A DNA stretch of 64,000 nt from Rhodosorus marinus CCMP1338 (Eukaryota; Plantae; Rhodophyta): assembly GCA_029953675.1 (NCBI GenBank), contig JAMWBK010000004.1:62001-126000 (forward strand), written 5' to 3'. The notes beneath the pieces were generated by a model that worked only from the letters and a program-made list of their open reading frames with translations, did no database searches and was not told the origin of the DNA. Of the stretch, positions 9,170 to 19,823 are shown in pieces. Positions within the stretch are counted from its first letter, which is position 1. Each line of letters opens with the position of its first letter. The translations under genes were made by a program, and so were the position numbers.

Positions 9170-10468
9170 ATGGTTGGGGTCTCCCCACCCATTCCGGCGG
9201 ACGGAGCCGTTCTCTCAGCGCGTGTGGAGCTCAGCGTGGGCGGGTTTAGTACCGCGGCCACCCTCACGGACTGCGCTGACGAGTTGGCCCATGGGATCTG
9301 CTCGAAACTGACGAGTCTTCTTGTGACTGCTTCCCAGGAACACCGCCTGCCCCTACTGATCGCCTATTTGGAGCGCTTCTCCGCCTCCGCGCCTGCCCCA
9401 TACCCCCCGGTGCCCGTCCCCGCGGATCCGCACGGTACAGCGGGGCCTGCCTCCACCCGACCCGAGCGCTCCGCTCCGGTCATTCCTGATTCCGACTGGC
9501 CTACCCCTATTCAAGGACAGACGCCTCCTGGGCCCGCGTCGGGCCCGAATCCTGCTCCCTCCAGTGCCCCACGTGCGACCTATTCGCAGGTCCTACGCAG
9601 AGGCTCTTCTGAACAACGCACGACGGCAATGGTGCGTATGATGCCACAACACATCCCTATTGACTCTTCTCGCCAACTATCTCCGTTCCACTTTGTTTGG
9701 ATGACGAACGTGCGTCCCCAGACCCCCTCTCGTGGTCGGGGCCGCGCGCCCGTCCACTACCGCGATTTTCGCGACACCATGGCTTCCTCCCTTGGGGTCG
9801 CCCCATCTGAATTCCTATATGTGGACTTCACGGGCCCTCATGCCTGTTTTCTTGTTACTGACTCGGCTTACCAGTTCCTTCAATCCCTTGTAACCACCCC
9901 CGCGCCCCAGCGCTCTGCTCTGGCCAACATGATACTGACTCGTCCTCATGTCTCTTTGTTTGTCGAGTTCGATCGTTTTGACGCCGGCTGGGTTCCTCCA
10001 TCGGCCTTGCAAAACCTGGATGCCTCGCAGGCTTCGGTTGTCGCGCTACACACTCATGCGGCGCGGCTCTCGCGCATACAGGCCAGCCTCTTCGCGCGTT
10101 TTCCTCCTCGCGGGGTCCTCCGCACCGCGCTAGAGGCCTTCCTCTCCACTGAGGCCACCCTGCTGGAAGCCCACCCTGCGTTTGACTTTCTGCCGCCGAC
10201 TCTTGAGCACCCTTCCTCCCCTCGCCCTGTCTCCGAGGCTCGTGACACCGACATGGCAGGAGCACCATCGGCCTCTCCGAATCCGCTGGCTCTGGACACC
10301 CCCAGTCAAGACTCCGCTGCTGAAAACCCTGTGTCTACTTTCTTCAGGTCTTTTAGTTCCTTCGTGCGCCCCCCACGTAAGCGTCGTGCGGCTCCTGAGC
10401 CTCCCTCCGAGGCACCTCCTCCGGATATTCGATCTGCCTTCCCGACTGAGGGGAGGCCCGATGTCTGA
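9170..10468 (+). CDS. Family A ORF1 (432 aa from first ATG), Pro/Ser-rich with a putative RRM-like core
   Basis: Open here and in the 61277-62680 copy; conserved in the paralogue at 1-552; TGA overlaps the ORF2 ATG (ATGTCTGA, 10461-10468). Confidence 0.8.
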   Translation: MVGVSPPIPADGAVLSARVELSVGGFSTAATLTDCADELAHGICSKLTSLLVTASQEHRLPLLIAYLERFSASAPAPYPPVPVPADPHGTAGPASTRPERSAPVIPDSDWPTPIQGQTPPGPASGPNPAPSSAPRATYSQVLRRGSSEQRTTAMVRMMPQHIPIDSSRQLSPFHFVWMTNVRPQTPSRGRGRAPVHYRDFRDTMASSLGVAPSEFLYVDFTGPHACFLVTDSAYQFLQSLVTTPAPQRSALANMILTRPHVSLFVEFDRFDAGWVPPSALQNLDASQASVVALHTHAARLSRIQASLFARFPPRGVLRTALEAFLSTEATLLEAHPAFDFLPPTLEHPSSPRPVSEARDTDMAGAPSASPNPLALDTPSQDSAAENPVSTFFRSFSSFVRPPRKRRAAPEPPSEAPPPDIRSAFPTEGRPDV

Positions 10469-13400
10469 GTCTTCCTCCTCCGCGTGCGTGTCGTCCCGGT
10501 TACCCCTGTTTACCAGTGACCGTTCAGCCTGGCATGAGCGTGTTCTCTCGTGGTTTTCGCACCTTGTCGCCTCCTACCCGGACGGTTCCCTTCCCCTTTG
10601 TCGTCAGAGCACGGCCGTACGGCTCCCTCGTCGACTTCATAAGCCCCTAGGATTGGTGTTGGATTTTCTCTGGCAGCAGGTCGCCGCGAACCCTCACTGC
10701 TCTCTTCGCTGGGAACTCTTGTTCTTTTTTCCCCGCCTCGTGCTCACCTCCTCTACCGTCCCCCTCAACCCACATCCTCGCCGGGTCCACCCTCGCCGAA
10801 AACTGCAAATGTTCCTTTCCGGCGACTTTGAGGACCTCGAACGTCTTTATTTCGCTTCTCTCTCTTCCTTTTCTCCTAGTGCTCCCTCAGCTTTTAGGTC
10901 TTCTCGACAGAATCGGGCGCGTCACGCGGTGGCAGGCGGTGATCTGCGGCGGGCAGCCGGGATCCTCCAGCAGCGGCAACCTGTGGTTCCATACTCCGAT
11001 GATCTTTCTTCACCGCTCCGTTTGCTCTTTCCCTCGGAAGGCTCCCCTTGGGACTCCTCGTTTGAATCAGTGTTGGAAGAGTACCGCGCCGCGCCACATC
11101 CCAGTGCGCGGTTAGTGGTAAATCTGGAGGCGGTGCGTGAGTTGGTTCATGATGCTCCGAAGGGCCGTTCCCCAGGGCCCTCGGGGCTGCGGGTGGAATA
11201 TCTCCGTTTCTTAAGTGATGAAGGTTTGAAGGCGTTGGCGTGGGTGGTCGAAGCGCTTGTGAATGGTGATCCCCTGTGTGAGTGTGCGTTGTTCTTGGTC
11301 GGGCGTTCGCAGTTGTGTCTGCTTTCGAAGCCCGGTCACACGGCCTCGAGCCCTGCTATTCGCCCTATTGGCCTGGTTGAGGTGGTCCGCAAATTGGCGG
11401 CGCGATGGTTAGTGAAAATCCTGGTTCCCGAATCCCGCCGTTTCTTTGGGCACGTGCAGTTAGGCGTGGGCTATCGTGGTGGCTGTGAGTTGTTGTCTGT
11501 TTTACTCCGTTCGGAAATGGCGTACTCCCCAGATTCTGGGCTCCTCTCTGTCGATTTTACCAATGCGTTCAACCGCGTCTCTCGTCCGGCTCTCATGCAC
11601 GTGGTGCGCGAAGTCTTCCCCGTAGGCTTTCCCTTTGTTAGTAGACTTTATTCTCCGCTTGGTCGTGGGGCTACCTATGACACCCTTGGCGCTTCCTCAC
11701 ACACGTTTGCGGCGCGCACAGGGGTACAACAGGGTGATCCCTTGTCCCCTTTCCTACATGCCTGTGGACTACAACTCGTCTTGCTTTGTCTTCGCTCCGA
11801 ATTCCCGCAGGTTCGTACGGTTGCATACCACGACGACGTGTGCCTCCTGGGGCCCCCTGATACTCTAGCACTCGCTTATGATCGTCTCCGCTCCTTGGCT
11901 TCGCGGGTTGACCTGGAGGTTAATCATCACAAATCGTTCTACTGGGGAGGTGTAGCTGCACAAGAGCAGCAGGTACCTGCGTCGTTCCAGGATATTTGGA
12001 GACCGGATGGTTTTGTCCACTTAGGCATCCCCTACGGGTCGCCGTCCTTCGTTGAAGGCGAGTTCCTGCAGCTCCTCGGTAAGCACAGACAGCTGGTTGC
12101 AGAGCTTCGACGGCTACCTCCGGGCTTTCTCCAGTGCTCGTTGTTGCTGTTTCGGTATTGTTGCAGTCAGCGGTTAACCTATTGGCTTCGCTCACTTCCA
12201 ACTCATTGGAGCCGGTGGTTGGCCACTCGTGCGGATGCTGAAGGTTTCCGTGACCTGGGGTATTTTCTCGATGAAGAGCTGAGCGCTCTGCCGCGACCCA
12301 CCTGTGATGTTGTGCGCGCCCAGGTAGGCCTCCCATTGCGATTGGGGGGACTGGGCCTCTGCAATCGTGTTGTGGTCCAACCTGCAGCCGCAGTAGAGGC
12401 CTGGGGAACCGCACTTCCCACTTTGAGCAGCTTGGGTATCTCGAAGTTCCGCAATTTGATGGCGAGCCTCTCGCGGGGTGTCTTGCTTCCCAGCGTACCG
12501 GAAAGCGCCCAAGACTTGTTTCTGGAGCTCCAAACCGCCCTGAATTCCTGTACTAGTCTCCCCGAAACCGTTCAACCCCATCTTCCTGACTGGCGAGCTG
12601 TATTTGACCGCTCTCGAGGCTCCGCCCCGGGGATTCGTCCTGCGCCTGAACCTGTTCTAGGGGAGATTGACCCAGTGGTTGCCGCAGAAGAAGAAGTTCC
12701 AGTTGATCCTCCTGATGATTCCCAGCGCGCTGGGAGCCGAGCTCAAGCACGCACGGATGCGCTGCAAAATATCCTTTCTTAGGACTTGCACCGTGCTGCA
12801 TATGGCCGACTCCTCGCGCAGATGGTCTCATCTTCTCGCGCTCGCGCCCGCCTACGTAGTCTTGGAGGGGTTCTTAGCTCTCAGTGGCTCATGACCGTAC
12901 CAGCCTTTCCGCCACTCACACTGTCGGATTTCGAAGTGCGTACTTCACTGCGCTTATACCTCGGCTTACATCAGCCCCCTTGGCCGTACGAGATGGGTTC
13001 GTCGTGCCCTCTCTGCTCTCAGACTGAAGACAACGCAGATTTTGGCGCCCACCTGCTCGCTAGTTGCCCGGCGGTGAAAGGTGCTCGAACCCGCCGCCAC
13101 ACACGGATCTTGAACCTGTTATACCGGGAACTTCGGCCTATAGTCCGGCAAGCCGGTCTGGAAATCGAACGTGAGAAACCTTTACCCGTCGCGGACTTTC
13201 AAAATGATGAACGCCGTGTAGCCGACCTGGTGATCACCTGTGACGACAGCCGCCGTACCACATACGTTGATCTTGCTGTTCCTAACCCTCAAGCTAGTCG
13301 TTATCTCCCGGCTGCGGGGGAGCGCCGTGGATCTGCCGCCGCCAGCATGAGACGCCGCAAAGAGATCAAATACGCGGGGGCTTTGTCTTCCCCTGGTGTT

Positions 13401-13604
13401 CGTGCTTCGGCACTAGCACATCGCTTGGTACCCCTGATCATTGAGTGCTTTGGGTTCATGGACTCTGTTGGTTCTCGCTGGCTTCGGGAGTTGTTCCGCG
13501 AACGCCCTGACCGTCTTCAATCGTTGTTTACCCGCTTAAGTTTCCTGCTGTGGCGCATGAATGCCGCTTTGATGTTGGAGGCGCGAGTACTTCGCCGCGC
13601 TTAG
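10461..13604 (+). pseudogene. Family A ORF2: RT, CCHC knuckle, RLE (~1047 codons), split by one in-frame TAG at 12780-12782
   Basis: KGRSPGPSG, IRPIG, QLGVG..GGCE, DFTNAFN, GVQQGDPLSP, AYHDD, LPLRLGGLGL; CPLC..H..C; RHTRI, VADLVI, TYVDL, KEIKY, PLIIECFG. Confidence 0.92.
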
Positions 13605-13883
13605 TCTTTTTTTCCCCTCGGGGTTTTTTTTTCAGCCTCCGATTAAACCATTCGTTCGTATCACAGCGCGATCTCTAAAGCAGCACGGATCATCTGAGGG
13701 TTAATTGCCGACCGTAACAACTGACTCTACGGATCCCCATCGACTGATGAAGTCACCAAGTTCTGTTTAGCACTGACAAGACGTCGCACTGCGCCGTACT
13801 TGTCCGTGATCATTCCCGACGTTGTCCAGAAGTTTTTGTGGTCTGTAAACTTGGGCTTTTGTCTGTTGGTAGGATATTCCTTA

Positions 13884-16693
13884 GCTAGTCAGGCTATGCT
13901 AGCGCTTCAGGCTATGCTACCCGGGTTTGAGCCGATTGTGGAGCTCCCGCACTGATGTGATTCAACATAGCCTCACCTGGGGCCAACACAGTGCCGCTCA
14001 CACAGTCATGCTCAATTCTCCTCTCACGCCGCCTACCACTGCCGCTCGTCTCCGCGGCATGGGAGGCCACCTCTTGCACTTGTGGTTAACCACTCTACCG
14101 TCGTCATTGAGTCATCGTCTCGATGCTTTCCAGTTCCGTTCTGCCGCACGGATCTATCTCGGTTTGCCACAGGCTCCGTGGCACTCTAATCGGCCGTCTT
14201 TCTGTCAGGGATGTGAGAGCCGGATTGACGCTTGTGGCTACCACTTCCTGGGTTCCTGCGGACTGTTGCGAGGTCTCCGTACGAGGCGTCACACTCGCCT
14301 CAAGTACATCCTCAGCGAATTTTTGACTCGGATAGGGCATACGGTTGAGGTTGAGTCGGAAGTGCCCAGATCCATCTCGGACTCTGCACCGCCCCGTTGT
14401 ATCGCCGATCTCCTCGTCTCCGACGCTGCTGCCAGACGCTCAACATATGTGGACCTTGCGATTACCTGCCCCGTGGCCAGCGCCCACCTCACCGCAGCCG
14501 CCCGCCGCCGGGGGGCCGCGGCTTCAGCCCTTCGAAGAGTTAAGGAACGACGGTATGCTGAGAGCATGGCCAGTCTGCCTTGCGCTGAGGGTCGCTCTCA
14601 CCGGTTCCAGCCATTCATTGTGGAAAGCTTTGGTCACGTCGATAAGTCGGGTTTAGAGTGGTTGTGGAAATGTTTTGCTGAGCATCCTACCGAATATTTG
14701 GCGCTCTTGAGGCGTTTAAGTGTCTCCCTTTGGCGATATTCCAGCGACATGCTGTCCGAGGCGCGCCATCGGCGCCTGGGGTTGCATACTTCCCTCCCTA
14801 GTTATTAGTTCATCTTCACGCCTTGCGTAGCGCTTCAGGCTATGCTAGTAAAGTCCAGTAAAGTCCACGATGACGTAACATTGCTGGGCACCCCTGACAC
14901 CCTGGCTAGGGGGCTGACCGAGATCGAAGCGATTGCACGTCGCGTCGGTTTGACTGTGGAAACAGAAAAATGTCGCTTTCTCCCCCCGAGGGACGTGTCG
15001 CTGGCCTCTCTGCCACCCACTCTGCGACTAATCAGCGAACGTGAAGGGTTCCAACACCACAGCGTCGGATTGGGGACTGACAACTTTGTCCAAGCATCCT
15101 GCGAGCGAGTTTTGGCACGGCACAAGCAACTCACCGACGCCATTCAGCACCTACCCGACAGCATGCTGCAATCGGCCTGCTTGCTTTCCCGCTTTTGTGC
15201 CGGTACCAGACTCAACTACTGGTTGCGCAGCCTGCCTCCAGCTTGGGGCTCGTGGATCGCGGCTAAAGCCGACGAGATGACCCTGCAACACTGGGGAACG
15301 CTCTTGGATGGACTGGACTTTACAGTCTTGGATGAGCCCCTCGATCTTGAAGCTGCTCCCGACAGGGACTTGATTCGTGCACAGATCGCTCTACCGTTGC
15401 GATTAGGGGGATTCGGCGTCGCAGACCGTGGGCTGGTATGCTCGCCAGCGGCGGTTGCCTCCTGGGCTACCGCGCTGCGAACGTTGGTGACCTTCCAGAT
15501 GCGAAGTGCCTGCCTCTTGGCTCGAGCTTTGACCAACGAGGATCCAGTGACCCTGCCGCCCCCGCTTTTGACAATTTATGATGGTCTTCAACACGCGTTC
15601 AGGAGGTGCAACGCCGTGCCGGACGCAAATCGGTCCCGCTTTCGTTCCTGGAGGGAGCTGTTATGGGGACGAGCTGAAGCGATTGAGGATTCTCCCCTCG
15701 ACCGAGTTCTTGCCGATGACGGAGAGGCTAGCTCCGGGTCACCTGTTGCAGACTACCCGGGTTTGAGCCGATTGTGGAGCTCCCGCACTGATGTGATTCA
15801 ACATAGCCTCACCTGGGGCCAACACAGTGCCGCTCACACAGTCATGCTCAATTCTCCTCTCACGCCGCCTACCACTGCCGCTCGTCTCCGCGGCATGGGA
15901 GGCCACCTCTTGCACTTGTGGTTAACCACTCTACCGTCGTCATTGAGTCATCGTCTCGATGCTTTCCAGTTCCGTTCTGCCGCACGGATCTATCTCGGTT
16001 TGTCACAGGCTCCGTGGCACTCTAATCGGCCGTCTTTCTGTCAGGGATGTGAGAGCCGGATTGACGCTTGTAGCTACCACTTCCTGGGTTCCTGCGGACT
16101 GTTGAGAGGTCTCCGTACGAGGCGTCACACTCGCCTCAAGTACATCCTCAGCGAATTTTTGACTCGGATAAGGCATACGGTTGAGGTTGAGTCGGAACTG
16201 CCCAGATCAATCTCGGACTCTGCACCGCCCCGTTGTATAGCCGATCTCCTCGTCTCCGACGCTGCTGCCAGACGCTCAACATATGTGGACCTTGCGATTA
16301 CCTGCCCCGTGGCCAGCGCCCACCTCACCGCAGCCGCCCGCCGCCGGGGGGCCGCGGCTTCAGCCCTTCGAAGAGTTAAGGAACGACGGTATGCTGAGAG
16401 CATGGCCAGTCTGCCTTGCGCTGAGGGTCGCTCTCACCGGTTCGAGCCATTCATTGTGGAAAGCTTTGGTCACGTGGATAAGTCGGGTCTAGAGTGGTTG
16501 CGGAAATGTTTTGCTGAGCATCCTACTGAATATTTGGCGCTCTTGAGGCGTTTAAGTGTCTCCCTTTGGCGATATTCCAGCGACATGCTTTCCGAGGCGC
16601 GCCATCGGCGCCTGGGGTTGCATGCATCCCTCCCCAGTTATTAGGTCATCTTCACGCCTTGCGTAGCGCTTCAGGCTATGCTAGTAACGTCCA
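13884..16693 (+). mobile_element. Family B head-to-tail array: two micro-units (13889-13919), ~950-bp copy (13918-14867), ~1.83-kb copy (14865-16693)
   Basis: Each unit ends in caggctatgcta(g); internal junctions share 3-nt microhomology (tag, cta, cca); ORFs encode HDD-thumb-CQGC..H..C-RLE. Confidence 0.92.
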
Positions 16694-16695
16694 AT

Positions 16696-17062
16696 GCTGA
16701 GGCCGGCAAACGAGCCAAATATCGGGATGCCATCGGTGACCACAACGACTTCCAAGTTGTACCCTCGCCGTCGAGGTAACGCTGAGGCCGGCAAAGGAGC
16801 TAAATATCGGGATGCCATCGGTGACCACAAGGGCTTCCAAATTGAACCCCGTCGAGCTAGTGCTGAGGCCGGCAGACGAACCAAATATCGGGATGCCATC
16901 GGTGACCGAAATGACTTCCAAATTGTACCCTTCGCCGTCGAAGGGTTTGGACGACTCGGGCAAGCAGCCAAGACTTCATTACCGAAACTACTGCAGATCT
17001 TGAGCACAAAGCGGACTCGCAAACGGCTCATTCGCGTGAACACGTGTTCGCGTGGACAGTAA
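16696..17062 (+). mobile_element. RLE C-terminal fragment of a third family, with an 81-85-bp segment triplicated
   Basis: Units start at 16696, 16781 and 16862 (gctgaggccggc); AEAG..KYRDAIGD..FQIVPFAVEGFGRLGQAA is a typical RLE end. Confidence 0.7.
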
Positions 17063-18122
17063 TTGAGAGCTATGGCGAGGCACAGCTCGTTTGGCGATCC
17101 ATGCCATGCATGCCAAATATAATCATGTTCGGACGCTGTCCCTATAGAAAGTAGTCCTCTACCCGACTCTGGGCTCTCTCCTTAGCATAGCCCCTCCTGT
17201 TTTCCTGGCATCTCTCTAGCGCTACATTCGGTAGTTGGAATAAACGGATATAATAATAAATCCATCCTTTTCCCGGACTGTTGCTATCACTGCTTATCTC
17301 GCTTCTGCTCGTGAGGTCACCTCTCGGTGTACAGCTCTCTTTGCCATTAATTCTTTTTTCTCAATAGACGATTAATTCCTTTTTTCAATAGACGAGTTCT
17401 CAGCTCTAAGATCCTGACCGAGATAGGAATGTTTGTCGAGAAGATAGATGAACTGATAGTCGATACCGGTGGTTTACCGATAAACGGATAATCGACACTG
17501 GAACCGACTCATCTCCAAGCTCCTCAAGTAGCCTGTCCGCTGCTGGTGACTGGTAATGATGACAAACTAGGAACAAGTGCACCAACCGTTCGGATCTCTT
17601 GCACCCTAGAAATGAATTAGGAAAAGCGCCAGAGGGGTTAAATCTGATTCCAAAGATAAACACTCGGCTATGTGGACGCCCTATCGATCACCTTTAAATC
17701 TCCACAGTATTGATCAACTTCTCCCACATCAACACATGACCAATTCCTATTAGGATTATAGGGACCTGGTGGCAATATGCACTGTGTATCCCCACACTCG
17801 CAGACGCAAATTCCGTTGTAGGTTTCAGTGAAGGCCTAGAGATGAATTAGTAACACCCCAAGCGGGTTAAGCACAACTGGCAACAATTTAATAATCAGCT
17901 CCGGATATCGTATTTATCACCTGATAACCATCACAGTGCTTCAGAGCGAATTGATCCACGGCAGAGCAGGTCCGATAAACGCTGTCGTTTAGGCTTATGC
18001 ACTGGGTCGACGTAACCTCACATTCCGTACAGGTACAGTTGCCGTTCTCATCTTTTCCAGGAAGCTTCAGTTACGGTGATGGTTTTTGTCTTAGAAAAAG
18101 TGCAAAACTTGTGTCTGCAGGT

Positions 18123-18800
18123 TCAGGACGATTGAGCACTTACCACTCCACCACCGCACTGATCGTAGGGGTTTCTACACAACCCTTCCGCCGTTCTGCA
18201 TTCATATTCCGAATCGAGGCAACCAGAACACCCGGTGATCATGAAAGTGCAGATCGTAAGAGGATTACCGTTGCTCCTCGTTGTCAAAGAGCAGTATTCG
18301 TCATCTGCATCGGGAACCATGTAGGCCTGAATTCGTTTCCCGGTATCCAGATCTGTGACCACTGCGGCCACAGCAAAATCGGGGAAATAAGTGCAGCAAC
18401 CCTCGTGTCCATAGAGCACCTCTGGACATGCCTTCATACTCGACTTCGTGACGGTACCGGTAAGGCCGTTTTTCTCCTTCACCTTTTCGACATCCTTGTA
18501 CTTGTTCCAGAGGAGACTTTCAGAGACAGTCCAGCGAAACGCTGCCCAAAGTCTGGTCAGCTCGTAGCCGTCGGCAGCTGTGAAGGTGAATCTCATACAG
18601 TTGCCCTCATCCCGAGTAGGCACTGTTGACGTACAGATCTCTCCCAGAACCTTTCGTCCAGACTTCGTGACTAGGTTTCTGCAGATATCTATGTACTGGA
18701 ACTCGTCTTTCCTGGGATCCATACTGCAGTCTTCGTAGTCTGCTGTCGCCGTGCCAATCATCGCCAATACCAGCAAAAACAAGACGCTGAACCGTTTCAT
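18123..18800 (-). CDS. Secreted cysteine-rich protein of unknown function (~225 aa, 14 Cys)
   Basis: MKRFSVLFLLVLAMIGTATA signal-peptide pattern; uninterrupted ORF; even Cys count, clustered toward the C-terminus. An upstream ATG at 18812 is possible. Confidence 0.78.
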   Translation of the reverse strand: MKRFSVLFLLVLAMIGTATADYEDCSMDPRKDEFQYIDICRNLVTKSGRKVLGEICTSTVPTRDEGNCMRFTFTAADGYELTRLWAAFRWTVSESLLWNKYKDVEKVKEKNGLTGTVTKSSMKACPEVLYGHEGCCTYFPDFAVAAVVTDLDTGKRIQAYMVPDADDEYCSLTTRSNGNPLTICTFMITGCSGCLDSEYECRTAEGLCRNPYDQCGGGVVSAQSS

Positions 18801-19823
18801 TTTTCCTTCCATGCCTTTCGTGCTTGTTGTTTTACTTCCTTAGTTCCGTTAGGTGAAGACGTCTCCCTGAAAATGTTCAATATACATGTTATGACAATAT
18901 ATACATATATTGCTCGCGATGACATAGCGTTGGTTTTGTCCCTAAAGTCCGGGCTATTCTCTTCCCCTTCTTTGAATACAACCCGAGATGTTTCACACCG
19001 CAGTCCCCGCAACCGGGTCAGCTTGTTGAGTTGAATGATGCTAAATTTTTGTGAGCAAGTGTTAAACAATTGAACGTGGGTCTGGTCTCTTTTGGCATTT
19101 TCATATCTGCGAAAGCTCCATTGGAATTTCTGTGGCAGCCTGTTATAGTAAAAACCCGCGTGTACGGGGCGTCATGAACTCGGGCATGGCGTCCTCCAAA
19201 CTTTGCAGCATTCTGATGAAAAAAATTGCAAGCAGGACGCTGGTGCGGACATGCCAATATCTGTCTGTTCACACTCGCTACTGGTGACTAGGACTCTGTT
19301 AGTTTCTATTCATCAACCAAACGACGAAAAGAGAAACAATAAAAAAAAACGCTCTAATCCTCTTGGAATTCCTCCTTCAAATCTACACAACTCCTTGTCG
19401 CCTACAAAGCCACACGAAAAGGGGTGGACCCAAATTCTTCCAAGGTTAACTCTGATGCCTCATTAGATTCTCATAAGATGAATTTGTTGCAGCTCCGCGG
19501 ATGCTAAGAGCGCCGTAGCTAAGAGCAAGTCAAGGCGAATATTGGCAAAACACTCAGGAATGTTCCTGGAAAAAAGCGATCTTCATTGCATTGGGACGGT
19601 TTTGTTCTATTTATAGAGTTTTGGATTTCAGCGATTCTATTTTAGGCTTTGGCGCCGAAAATGATTGGCTGGGATTGATTAGAAGAAGAATGGTTTAATC
19701 CGAGGCTGAAAGAAAAAACCGCGAGGAGAAAAAAAGACAAAGTGCGGCCAAGAACTCGCGCCTCCAAAATGATTGATTGCTGCCGTTTGCCCATTTCGTT
19801 TCACACGTTCATTTAATCGTGTT

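Larger units (their letters stand above)
8923..13657 (+). mobile_element. Family A copy 1: full-length (~4.73 kb) two-ORF RLE non-LTR retrotransposon (CRE-like)
   Basis: 5' end AGTTTT(T/C)GGTTTCGTGAG shared with the copies at 24936 and 62813; 3' end CCGATTAAACCATTCGTTC; ORFs as listed. No TSD found. Confidence 0.93.

Noticed and set aside
12780-12782. Programmed stop-codon readthrough as the family's normal strategy
   Set aside because: Copy 3 and an older copy have TGG, so TAG is derived; no known readthrough context recognised.
11635-12894. Numerous short antisense and alternate-frame ORFs conserved between A or B copies
   Set aside because: Conserved only because the copies are near-identical; no independent motifs.
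16696-16945. CRISPR-like or satellite array
   Set aside because: No repeat-spacer structure; units translate as an RLE segment in a eukaryotic context.
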